A stretch of 64,000 nucleotides of DNA from Polymyxa betae A26-41 (lineage: Eukaryota > Protista > Endomyxa: Phytomyxea): NCBI GenBank assembly GCA_003693705.1, contig RBZT01000578.1, positions 186,001-250,000 on the forward strand, in the 5' to 3' direction. The position numbers and the translations under genes were made by a program. Below the pieces are notes generated by a model that saw only the letters and a list, made by a program, of their open reading frames with translations, was not told the DNA's origin and made no database searches. Below, piece by piece: positions 26,815-39,085 of the stretch; position 1 is the first letter of the stretch, and each line of letters starts with the position of its first letter.

Positions 26815-27402
26815 CTAATGACTTGTGATGCTAGCTTGTTCGCCTGTAGGTGAATGCACAGCCTTGGTGACAACTGGAAACGAGTTGGCGTTCATCATTG
26901 ATTTAATCGATCTTTGCAAAGGTCTGGTCATCGAGGCCAGTTTCTTCTCAATTTCTTGAATGCGATTGAACAGTTCCTGGTTCTTATCTTTCTCTTTCGC
27001 CCACAACGTTTTGTACTGATTAATAGCTCGATCTTTATCCTTGTTGGTCATGCGTAGTTCGTCGATTTTTCGACGCTGTGAAACGAGACGATTGTGCAAA
27101 GCATTATTGAGCACCCTTTTCGTGTGCGACATTTCTTCCCCAATCGATTGACTTTCCTTATCTCTAATTGGGCCATCAGGCGATGCAGAAGCACTGTGTA
27201 TAACGCTGGCGGCTAGAACCAAGGCGGGCTCGTCAAATTCCTCGCCAGCTGCGGCCCGAATCCTCTTCGCCCTACGACTGGACTTGTCATTGGGCGACTC
27301 CTTGGCGCCTTCATCGTCATTCTTGCCATTGTTCCTGGTCCGGTGTCGCTTGGCCTGGCGCGGATCGGCGATAGGTAGGGGCTCCTGGCTGATGGTGGTC
27401 AT
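26815..27402 (-). CDS. hypothetical basic coiled-coil protein
   Basis: Single open frame with a basic N-terminal half and a heptad-rich C-terminal half. The ATG was chosen by context. Confidence 0.55.
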   Translation of the reverse strand: MTTISQEPLPIADPRQAKRHRTRNNGKNDDEGAKESPNDKSSRRAKRIRAAAGEEFDEPALVLAASVIHSASASPDGPIRDKESQSIGEEMSHTKRVLNNALHNRLVSQRRKIDELRMTNKDKDRAINQYKTLWAKEKDKNQELFNRIQEIEKKLASMTRPLQRSIKSMMNANSFPVVTKAVHSPTGEQASITSH

Positions 27403-29018
27403 GGTGTGATGGTTCTGGAAGGTTTGCCTGTGTGTGCGATCTGTAGAGAAACTGCGAGCTCGGGGAGCCCAGTCTGGGGCTCTCTGAACAACGAGGTCGA
27501 ACAGGTGAGAGGAAAAGGGGTCGGACGCGGACCCCGTCGCACATATCGATGCAGCTGAGTGCGTCGTTTGGGGGTAGCCACACATTCACTCACGCACTCC
27601 GTCACGGACTCGTCCTATTTGCTGCCTGCCCTTGACCAGGGCGTCGGGCCGCTCTCTTTCTGACTCTGACACAAGGCCGATGAGCTGTCTCTCTTTGGCC
27701 GGTCGGCATACAATTTGGTGAAGCATTCTGTTTCAATGGGCTTGTTTAATTAAAGTCGTTTTGAATTCTCGGCTGTCATATTGGTGATATGAGATTGCAA
27801 ATATGTGCCTGATATTGGTGGTAGATTCCGAGCCATCTAGGCATAGGGCGAGCTCTCTTCATGTTCATCCCATTGGTGTATTCCTGATCATTCCGGAACG
27901 TTGCCAGAATTGACCTTGCGCTGTCGGTGACAGAACCCTCTGTTGATATGTTCAACAAACGATTCTATTCCATTCCATTCCATAATTATCATGTTCTTCA
28001 CTCTCTGCAGAATCTCAATATCTCCTGTAGTCATATAAGTTAATTTATGGCTCGATATTCTCTAAATCTCATTCTCAACTGATGATAGCAGCACAAGTAG
28101 TCTTTAAATGTCTAACACAGCTATGACCCTGGTCATATATTCGCCACTGAATTGTTTTGTTTCAAGAATGCTATGATAGCTGCTGATATTCGTATTATTT
28201 TGTATGTTGCTATTACAGTTGGCATTATCTAGATTTAGATCAGTTGGTTTCATCCAATAAACTTCTAAACATATCCAATGTAACTAGTTCGACTATCAAC
28301 CAGTTACGATCATCCAAGGCTTTTGAACATAATGGAATCTGTTGCTTTGCTCAAGATCATCTACGGGCAATGCTGCTCACAAATTCGCTCCTGGCATCGA
28401 CCAAGTTCCAAACCTACCAACAGTACGTCCTTTGAAGCAATCCCTATAATTTCTGTAGCGAATAAACACGTGATGTGATCGATAATCCCATAGATTGATT
28501 GAGTTTGTTATATACACAATCATGTTACTAATTACACCATGATTACGTTACAACTCTCTTTTAACGAGCTAATTGAAGTATCACCAATCATGATAGAGAA
28601 TCAGCTGGAAGCTCTTGTGATAGTTTAGCGACGTTCTGCGATTCCATACATTGGCGAGCTTCAAAATCGTGTTCGTTAATAAATAAAAATTCGGTAATCA
28701 AGACGGTACAGTAGTTGAACAATCACTATTGGATTGAAGCTCAACCAGGAATAGTCAGTTTGAAAACCGCGAACACTCTCAAAAATCCGATTCCAATCGA
28801 CCAGAAGAATCCATGATACTTTTCAGCATCGTTTGCAGACAGGACTATATGTTGATAGATGTCTGCTTTCGGTGTTCTGACTGATAGTAGATAATGTGGC
28901 TGGAATCGTTCTACAGTAGAGCCGGATTGTGTGAGCGCTGATCTTCACCTCTCCGCAGTTATCACTATTGATTAACAGCTCAATATTGACATCGTCGTCG
29001 TGTTAGCGTCCGTCTACG

Positions 29019-29462
29019 ATGACATCGGTCGGTCGCTGATAATCGTCACGTAGCTCTTGTGCTAATGCCTGGTGTAGAAGGAAGAGCTCGAGGCGGCCCA
29101 GCGCCAGCTTCAGAAAGAATCGTTCGAGCTGAACCAGATCCAGGCCTTGCTGGGCTCGAAAATCGCCCTTTTGCGCCGCAATCGTTTAACGGAAGCCGAG
29201 ATCGAGGATGTCACCGACGATAACGTCGCTTTCGTATCTGTCGGACGCCTGTAAGCGTTGATGGGCTTCGATTCGAGCTGTGTTTGCTAACGCGCGCAGG
29301 TTCGTTGCAAAGTCGCTGTCGGAGGTCAAAAGCGACATCAAAACGTCAAATGTTGCCCTGGAGGACGACCTAGCCAGGCTCGAGACGTCAAGGTCGCATC
29401 TGGAACGCGCCTTCGTTGAGCACAAGGACGCATTCGCTGAGATGCTTCGTTCGCAAGCTTAG
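29019..29462 (+). CDS. PFDN1: prefoldin subunit 1
   Basis: Spliced reading MTS|KEELEAAQRQLQ...LTEAEIEDV...AFVSVGRL|FVAKS...LETSRSHLERAFVEHKDAFAEML, with a 3-codon first exon. Confidence 0.85.
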
Positions 29463-29689
29463 AATGATCGCCCTTCGGCTGCCATCGCCTATCGCTTGCT
29501 AATGTCATATCTTTTTTGCTCGCTTCAATTGTTCAATCATTTTTTTATAATGAATCGGTCTATTCAGTTACCACTGCTATTCGAATTACAGACTTTTTCT
29601 CTTCGGGTTTTAATCAGTACTGCTGACTAATTGCTGAATCCGACATGGTTTCTGAAATTGAAAATATTTCTGGAATCTCGACAAAGCTT

Positions 29690-30401
29690 TTATCGTAAGA
29701 CGCGATATTCGACGTCATCGTCATCGTCGGATTCGTCCATTGTAGGTTCTGGGACAGGATCACCATGTACCTGATACTGTCGATATCTTGATTCGATATC
29801 GTATTCAGCTCGAATTGAATCACTCATAAGGTGGAGAATGATATCACCCAGATCTAAACAAGTCCATTCGTCATTGGCCTCGCCTTCTACACTTAATCTG
29901 GATCCCGCCAATGGCTGCTGAATGCGGCTTCGTGTTTCACGGGCCACATTTGTCGTTATCGCTTGCAGATGGCGCATCGACGCTGCTGATGCCACCACCT
30001 GCAGAAGATGCTTTCAATATAAAATCACAAAACAATCGATCTCAAATTTAACGTACAAGATAATTACATAAAGTCGACACTTGACGAACATCGTATATTC
30101 GTACGGCGACGGCGCGATTCTCGTCCAAAGCTCGCAGCAGCTGTGGTAGTGTATAACGTCTCGTCTTGAACGTTGGGAGAGCTGAGGCCGGCAATCCAGC
30201 CAAGCCAGCGACCAGACGTCGCTGATGCCGAACAACGCTCAGCCGATCCTTGTTATTCTCGTACCATTCGCGTTGCTTCTGACGACGTCGTTCATCACGA
30301 TCGATGTCAGCTGCATGATCAGCGGCAACAGACGTCGCCAACGGCACCAGTCGGTCAGCAGTCGACGACACCGCCCTGATCCGTGAAAATGCCGCCAACA
30401 T
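29690..30401 (-). CDS. MALSU1: mitochondrial RsfS/Iojap ribosome assembly factor
   Basis: Presequence-like N-terminus MLAAFSRIRAV, then VVASAASMRHL, VEGEANDEWTCLDLGDIILHLM and RAEYDIE. Confidence 0.88.
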
Positions 30402-30420
30402 GGTAATGACGGCAGCACCC

Positions 30421-30441
30421 GTAGGGTTTAGGGTTTTGGGG
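30421..30441. promoter_or_regulatory. telomere-like / telo-box motif in a ~97-bp divergent promoter
   Basis: The + strand reads GTAGGGTTTAGGGTTTTGGGG, which is AAAACCCTAAACCCTAC on the - strand. Confidence 0.4.
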
Positions 30442-30498
30442 TGGCCCCGCGACCCCGACGGTGATGGCGCAGCCCCCATTGCATTGTCGCCTTCATCA

Positions 30499-30907
30499 AT
30501 GCACGTCTCGGAGCAGAATCTCTATCATCTTGGTCTAGGCGATGTCCAGATCCCTGTCCGGGTCAACATCCGGGCCGATTACGTCCAGGCGTTCGTCGCC
30601 GCTGATGCCCGCCTCATGCGCCAGCTCCTGAACGAAATCGGCCGCCGCTTGCCAGCGATCGCCTTGAGGACCGTCCTGCCGTCATCGACGGCCGGCGCCG
30701 ATTTACCCATCCTTGTGAAAGGTCGGTTGTAGATTGAGATCCCGCTATTCGACGGTCCAGAATGACCTGATCCCAACTGGTTTTTGCAGCACCATCCGTG
30801 TCGTTGACCTATTTAGTGGAACCAGTAAGTCGGTCTCAGAATCTCGACATTATCACTGATTTATTAATCGACAGAACTCGGCGTCCTACCAGCTTTCGGT
30901 CCGTTGA
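30499..30907 (+). CDS. small hypothetical protein (multi-exon, end uncertain)
   Basis: GC-rich coding-like exon MHVSEQNLYHLGLGDVQIPVRVNI... followed by GT..AG introns that keep frame. Confidence 0.45.
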
Positions 30908-31315
30908 TTTGTTGAGGGCCTCGTACGGGCCCTGTTCCCGCTGGGGCAGTTGCTGATTCGATATGGATGCATAGGCGGATCAGGGTCGACGTCGATTGAA
31001 GGTCTGTAATGAGATGATTGTGGTCCATGCTATTCCAGCAGGTGAACCTATCAATTTATTACCACGTTCGGATAATAACACACTTATTACTGATTTTATT
31101 TAATATCTCTCTGTCTACATGCGTTTGCTAATCCGGTCCCATTTCTGTTCACCGCGCTTGGATATTGGTTTTCAGGCTTCGCTCGAACATCATATTTTGT
31201 CTAGATCGCATCTTTAATTTCAAATGTCTAAGATCTCTCACAATATCTATCTTTTGTATTATAAAGAATGGCGTCTCAGAATAGATCTATATATCATGAT
31301 ATTCTTGTTAGATGA

Positions 31316-33107
31316 TCAGATTGTAACAGCTGGCAATAATCCCAGCTGTCTACGTTCATATTGCAACATGGAGCCATAAATCTGATCCGATATCCCAACA
31401 TACATAGCATTACCATCTGGGCTCCAATCAAAACCAGCCATCTCCCCGAAAAAGTCCACCGTCTGGCTCGATTTCAAATCGCCAGCGCAATCATAAACAT
31501 GCACGAAATCGGCAGCTTCGGCGACGCCCAGGAATGCCCCATCCGGACTAAACCTCACCGATCGAATAGCTGCTAACTTGGCCCCCAACGTCGCCGTACT
31601 GGTCGTCGTGTTCCGTAAATCCCAGACCCGGCACGTCCTATGAACCGCTGTTCAATCATCCAGGGATCAGTACGGCCGCACAGGTTGAGATCGACCTGTC
31701 CTGATTGCCGGTTGCAATCACGTAACGATTCGGATGCCAGCTGGACGCGAACGAGAAGTCGTGATGACCGGCGAGTTTGGCGACCTGCCTGTCTGAGCGC
31801 CTATCGATGATGTATCCGATGGTGGAGTCGCCCACCATACATAACAGGTTCCCATCAGCTGATCCCGAACAATGCTACATCAGCCGTATATCAGTCAATG
31901 GGTCCAGAAACGGTCGTACTGGCTCCGATTTCGGAATTACATTGACGGGTGCATCGAAATCGTATCGTTTCAGGGGTTGGAGTGTGCCGATATCCAGGAC
32001 TTGGACGAAATTGTCGTTATTGGCAGCGTACAGACAGGCGGCGCTAGACGTCAATGAATTGGAGATGGAGTTCTCAGCCGTCGTCAAACGTGAGCGGTGC
32101 AGAATCTGGCCCGAATCCAGAGCCTGTACGACGATCTCTCCGTGAAATCCGCCCTAAACGCCGTCATGGCGCTCCTCAGCTCAACGACAATGATTGGGAA
32201 TGTTACATACAGCGAATAACAGACGACCATCATTATGAATGGTGCTGATAGCGATCTGATCCAGTGCTCCAGCACCAGATAGATCCAGGACCAGCTCAAC
32301 CGTCTGCCGATCCGTATCACACCGAAACACGCGATTCGAATCTGCGATCGCATGTCACGAATGGTCCTGGATGTTGGTCCCCGGACGACGACCTACTCAT
32401 AATGAGGACAGCATCAGATGACAGAGCTGAGATCAGATGTCGCAGCTGAAAATGAAGGATCGTGGGAGCGCCGCGTCGCGTATTCCTCACGAACTGCATG
32501 TACGTGTCGGTCTCGTCAACCGCATCGACAGACTTCAGTGCGAATATCAGCAGGATGTCTGTAAATGAAGGCGGCGATTACATGGTTGGCGGGCGTCCCC
32601 GTCATCATCGCTTCCTGATTGTTGAATTGCAGGTATTTATCCATACGGGTCTTCCTATAGCTGGCTCGGGTCATATTCAGAGCCGACCATTGAATCCCTG
32701 AGCGTTCTGAGCTTAAGCAGACGATAGGCAGCCGTTTGTAACGGACCTTGAACATCGCCGATCAGATCGGCCATCGGGGCCGTGATATCCTTGCAGTTCG
32801 AGAGCGGCCCGCAGCCGCCTTCCAGCGCGTCATTGTTGTCGAACTGGATCCCGAGAGTCAGTACGGTCTCTGTGTTCTGTATACAGCCACCGACCTCGTG
32901 TGTGGCGTTGTATTCCGATACAATCTCAGTTCTTATTGTTGGGCCTCTATCTGGGTAATCGACGGCCGTGTCATAATCGACATCAATATGTTGTTGGGTG
33001 GTCCGTTGCGGGAGGCTCGGTTCAAGGCCCGGCGGCGGTTTCGTCGTTGGTGATCGGCGGGAAACATGTGAACGAAGGAGGCGAGCGCCAATCCCCGCCA
33101 GGTACAT
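31316..33107 (-). CDS. WD40 protein of the DUF2415 family
   Basis: Motifs DVQGIQW, ILHFQLRHLI, LAGHHDFSFASSWHP, ATGNQD, AIRSVRFSPDG, AEAADFVHVYD and VDFFGEMAGFDWSPDG. Confidence 0.88.
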
Positions 33108-33531
33108 TCGATATTAGATCTGGTTCAGGGATCAAGCACGACCCACACGATCGTCCTCTATCTATATAGTGTATCTCTCATCGGGTCATAGGCCCGATAT
33201 CTTCACAAAGTTTTTCCAGTGATATCCGCTGATCTATCTGTACCAAGACTCAAGACTGAACGTTATCATCCGACAGCGTCGGCTGTAATCATCTCCCCAT
33301 CTGCAAGTTTCATGTAGTATTACGTTACAGATCTTATACTACCTGTTTCCAGTGTAACGTAACATCCAGTAATGATGCTAAATGAAGTCGCCAATATGAG
33401 ACTCTCGTGATACGACCTCTGGGTCCACATTTTGGCGTGCGAAATAAACCATCAAGTAATTATTTCAGTGCTGCACAAACTTGTCATCGTTTTCGACCGA
33501 GCCTTGGCCTGAGATCGGTACGGTCGATGTC

Positions 33532-35136
33532 ATGCTAGTTAGATCCATGAAACTTTGCGAAATCGAGCAACAGTTCCCGAAAGCGTTGCCGTATGATATC
33601 AAGGTCGAGCTTCGACAGCAGGGCGTCCTGCCGCCTCGATCGACGTCACATCGGCAGCAAGAATCGTGCCCGATCGAGGTGGCATCCATGAGTCCGGGAG
33701 CCCCCGCCGACCGGTTGCATCGTTTAACGCAATCGACCTGGGCCGACCCGAGCCAATTGCATTCGGCTGTTCAGACTGATATCAACGAGCTCGGCGACTT
33801 GGTTCTGGCATATGCTGAAAACAACCGTCTGTATAAGGTCGGCGACGAAACTGCTCGGAAGCACAACACAATGCGAAATTGAGTCTGCCAAGGTGGTCCG
33901 AGATCTGAAGCAGGACGTGATTGCGGCTGAAGATCGAATTCGTGCTGATCTGGAGATGAGAAGCGGCGAGAGTCATATCACATTGCGGACGTACTATCTC
34001 GTGAAACTCGAAGAGGCACGAGCGCAAGCCGATGCCGAGATCCGGACTGCCGCTGATCGCAGTCTCGTCGCTATCGAGAACGTCCGCAAAGAATGCGATC
34101 AGCGCGTTGCTGTAAGCCGAACGTGGATTGCAGCAAACGGATCTCTAATGATGCTGACAGGTTCTGGAAGACATTCTGCAAACGAGGATTTTCCGGCAGC
34201 AGTGTTCGGATTCTGCTGTCGTCGATGCGGATGGAATCTCAAAATTGCTATTGGCGTTCTGCGTGCAGCAGGAAATCGCACTAGCTTTAAAACGTCAAGA
34301 GTATGAGCAATTGAAGCAATCGATCAGGAAGGGTCGGCCTTTTGAATCCATGATTGTTTGTTCATATTTCATAACGTTATGGTCTAGATTGCGAAGAGAA
34401 GTCGAAACAACCAGATCTGAATATAGAGAAAATGCAGAAAGAAAACCAAGACTTATGCGAAGAGATTCGGGCACTGCAGGCCTTGTCAGAAGTTCATTTG
34501 CAAAGAGAGAAAGGCAGGCAATTATTACATATCGCTGTGGGCTTGTATTCAAACTGAGATGATGGCAGACGCTCTGCAGAGGAAAGACGACGAAATCAAT
34601 GCGCTTCAAGTGCATGTCGCTGAAACTGAATCGCAGCTGTTGTCTGCAAAGAATGAGGTCACAAGATCCAGCGTGGCGTTATCTGATGCTGAAACGGCAT
34701 TCCGGATCGAGGCCGATGACATTCGAGCGGCAAAACAGGCTGAAATAGCTTTACTTGACGGCATCATCAAATCAAAAGATGTTATACCATCAGTATTTCT
34801 ATCATTTCTATCTCTCACTTGTGTGATTAGGCGGAAATTGGCCGACTGAAAGCTGCGGCGGCTCTTGCAAATGCCACAACGAAGAGAAGGAGGCAATCGG
34901 TGTCCGGCTCAAAACAGCAACGTCGCCAGTCTTTTCAGCAGGATGATCTTGAGGCGTTCCTGCTGAGGAATAACTCGCCAAAGCCAATCCCGAATTCGAT
35001 GGAGTCGTTACAGGTGAACATGATATCACCCAGGCGGCAGAAAGGACGGTCGAATACCGCCATCTTACCAGATAGCGTCCCAGAAGCTCTTGGGAAATTG
35101 AACTCATGGCACGTTGACAAACGTTCAATAGGATGA
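33532..35136 (+). CDS. multi-exon coiled-coil protein, function unknown
   Basis: Successive heptad-rich exons separated by short GT-AG introns. Confidence 0.6.
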
Positions 35137-35173
35137 AATTCTTGTATTTATTATTAACATATAATTACCGTTA

Positions 35174-37564
35174 TCATGATTCTAATATCTGTGAATTGGA
35201 AAAATTCAAAGAGAATAATGAGGTGCGAGTTATGTCAATAGGGCCATAAGGTTCTTCCTGGGTAATTGCCACCATACCCACCGTCTTCAGAACTAGTCAA
35301 AATACATTAAAAGCTCGGCCTGAACGAAAACCACAACCACCTAATAATTGCAGAAAGGATAAAGCAGCGTCGCGACGAGATATTTGAATGTTGGGGCCAA
35401 CGGCTTGCTCGATGAGGGAGTGAAACTGACACGTTATGCTGTCTTTGGGAGTTCCTTGAATCTGTCGGAAATGTTGTTCTAAGATGCTACTCCAACTCAG
35501 TGTAAAGCATTCTGACAACACAATGCGATGTTACTTTCGTAGAATTTCCGTCGCCCGATCGATGCTATCATGATGAGAGCGATCGGCTTGTGCTGGATTG
35601 ATTTCGATATGAGGAATATCTGGTGACAAGTTTAGGCGTAACCTGGGTATGCTCAGCCAGAAAGTTTACCGAATTGGCTTACTGTCAGATTTAAATCAGG
35701 AGTTTGGAAATCGCTGATGCCGGTCTCATGAATTGAGCTGACACGCCTACAAGATCACCATTGTAAAATTCAATTGAACAGAGAACATGTTGTGCATACC
35801 TGCTTTTGGAATCTAAGGAACCTAATGATTTCATTGATACCCGACGCATGTGTTGAGGAGATAATCTAACGTCTGAGCCGAAGCTCCTAACGTTGGGTGA
35901 CAGAAGCCCGATTTCATGGCCCAAAAATGTATTCCCAACATTTTTATCTTCATCGACAGTGAATAAACTAGCATGGCGTGCTTTCTCGATGGAAATATTT
36001 CCGCTTCTAAAAGACAGAAGATCTTCATTAGCTTCGATCTGGATTAAAAGAAAGTTGTCATTTTTGTTGCCACAAGAAAATACAGCAGAACGTACAACAG
36101 GCTCAAAACCACCTGGAGAAATCGGCGGCTGTTCAAAATCATCAAGTCCTACAGCAGGCCCTTCGATTGGGTACCCACGACTCGACTCTACCTGTGGCAC
36201 TCTATCAGAGCAAAATATAAAGCACGTTTAACACTGACTTCATAACATGCTTGTAACAATTCAGATAATTCACAAACTGTCGAAGACGTCATGCATCGTA
36301 ACAGGTTATTTGGATCTGAGTACGAAATGAATAGATACCAATAGTCAAAAGTTTTCTTATATACCTAACGATATAGAAGCTTCGTTAGGGGTCTGCGGCC
36401 GAGTCGTAACGATTCTGGAAGTATCAGCTAATTCGTGCTTCAGAACATCGATGTTGATGTCGATTTTCGAATCCGGTTTCGGTCGGTTTCGCTTGCGCTT
36501 GCGAGATATTAAACTCACATTAAACGCGTCGGCTGTCGCTTTCGAGTGAACCTGTGGTGAACAATGTAAACGAAATCTAGAAACCGTTTATGTCATACGG
36601 AGCCTTGGGATAGTCTCCTTTCATCTGGGTTGTCAACGATAATTTCTGGCAACTCTCCGAAATCATCATGCGCTAATAGGTCTGGATTTGGGTCTGCTAA
36701 AGAATATGGTGCTTCACTTTCATCTACAATTCTAAGGAGCAATTTTAGCACATTAAGTCAAAGCTTTGGCATAAGAATGATACGCGAGAGGATCGAACAA
36801 TGTCTTTTCTAAAGCAACCATGGTATCTTGAGGTGGTAGGCCGGTCTCTAGATCCAAATTGATGTGATTTACTAAAGCAAGTTTCAGTCGCAAATCTACA
36901 GTACAATGGATACTTGCATAGGTTGCTGTCTTCCATTAAACATATCTCGTCTAAGTTTGATTGGTTGAGAAATAAGGCAGTCTCCTTTTCCATTACCATT
37001 TCGAAGCAATCTAAAGGAATCGGCGGCAGGACATAATCGTCCACATCACAGACAACATTAATAGTGTCAGATCTGTAACTGCGGTTAACAGCCACAAGAG
37101 AACATTCGAGTTTACTAACTTTGCCTGAACACAATTACTAGCCAGATTGACACTGCTTGCAGTAACAGCTAATTGCACTCTCGATCGAGCCTAGCACGTT
37201 TTGGAGAAAAGAAGAGCAAATCAGGACTAACAAACCTCTGTTGCATCTAAGAGAAGATACCTCGCTTGTTTGTCCATAATCCGACAGACGCCAAGAAACA
37301 GTTGAGCTCTGGCAGGCAAGGCCAACGGGATCGGTGGCTGTTCAATGCTTTTGCACATCTCGGGAACATTACAGCTTAATATCACCTGACAAGATAAGCG
37401 AGAAGAAACCCATGGCAACCGAATTCTACCTTCTTCGAAAGCTTATGAAATACGGTTCCGGCCAGCCTGTGAAGTTTCAGAACTTGTACGGGAGCTGGCC
37501 TGGCTGCTTACCAAAGATGGCCAAGAGGCCCTCGCTTCACGAATAGTTCAGAGCTGAAGTACAT
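35174..37564 (-). CDS. cohesin alpha-kleisin (Rad21/Rec8 family), REC8-like
   Basis: Spliced N-domain MYFSSELFVKRGPLGHLWLAG...LALPARAQLFLGVCRIMDKQARYLLLDA, central RKRKR...LADTSRIVTT, and C-terminal winged helix SRRDAALSFLQLL|VLKT...ITQEEPYGPIDI. Confidence 0.9.
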
Positions 37565-37858
37565 AGCTTAAGAGAATGAAGAGGACACCTCATCCTTTTT
37601 CTACAACTTTAAAGGTGACAGCACAATATGATAAGAGAAAATAGGGGCCCTTTTTCATGTTCCAAGACACAAGCCATCCACTGGAACCAGGGGCTTTGAA
37701 CGCTTGCGGGTAACATGATCACTGTAGTCAAACGCTATATATATCAACATAAATGTTCGATAAGATTTTCGTTGGCGCTACGCAAGTGAAGTGATGTCAT
37801 CGGCGGAACCCTTTGTACATTTACCTCATTCTGTCACAGATATTCCCCCATATTTGAT

Positions 37859-38847
37859 TTAATATACTTTATTATACACTGGCGTAGACCTTGATGTGAC
37901 AGTTTCAGTAATAATATCTGAAGACCTCCAGAATTTAACAATGACTAAAATCTCGCCAGCGACGCGCTTCTCTGCCATGATCTACCACATTTTTGAATTA
38001 TCATACAGGTAAAGGTTAAAAAAAACCTCGGAATTGAAACCAGCTGATGCCATTCGATCGCGGATTCGCTGGGGGCGATTTGCTTGAATTAGAACGAGAA
38101 ATAGCACACCAAGTGGCGATAGTAGTTTATGAACTTGTGACAGGAATCGATCGATAACCTATCTCAAATCATTCTTATGAATTTTTCAAACTAAATTTCA
38201 CTAACCTCTACACCATCAACACCACCAGCCCAAGCAGCTCGAATGTCGTGATGGTTCAGCTCGTCCTCTTCGGAAGGTACATAAGGCGGATTGAATAGCA
38301 GAATGTCAGCTTTATGTCGTAATCGGACGTCAAAAGCAGAAAACAGATCGCATAGAACAACATCTCCGACAACCCGATTCCTTCAACAGGTATCATATAC
38401 AACCAATTCAGCAGTTAAACGTCAAACCTTACGAACGTCTGATGTGCTATATTAGCCGCATATGGATTCACATCAGTTGCAATGAAATATGGTCTTTGTG
38501 ATGATAGTCTTCTGATTAAATTCGATAGATGAGATGAGACGATTCCAGTCCCAATACCTTTACCGGATTTCAGAATCAGCTCCAGCTGGGAATCTTACCA
38601 TACCGATTTCAAAACATAATTTTATGGGATTTCGAAGAAGATTGTGAATATGCTGCTCCAGTACAGACATCAGCAAGAACGTGTCTTCACCTTGATAATG
38701 GCATCGATAAAGTGCACCAGAGTTTCATAGAAACAAACGCATACCCATCTCATACACGTGATTAAAATCAGAACATTTGATATGATCAACATTTGGATCT
38801 GATATTTTGCAGTGAGCATCGTTGCTGAGACCATCATCCAGCGCCAT
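37859..38847 (-). CDS. N6AMT1: eRF1 glutamine methyltransferase (HEMK2/MTQ2)
   Basis: Manually spliced VYEMGEDTFLL, FEIGIGTGIVS, ATDVNP, ILLFNPPYVPS and AWAGGVDG. Absent from the ORF track. Confidence 0.9.
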
Positions 38848-39085
38848 TGCTATCCTCTGAGACGAAAAATTAAAGAAACCAGCGACAGTTCCATCATTTC
38901 AAGGGGAAATAATTGCGCAGAATTTCTCGCACTTTTTTCGATATTTCAATCTTTGTCCAAAAGTTTGAAAAGCATCAGCATTAGGTACCGGATAACACAA
39001 ATCCCAAATGCTGTTTACTGAACTGTTAATAATTCTAGGTATATCGGTAGTTTGAAGCAGATTTAAAGAATCTGTCTAACTTGTT

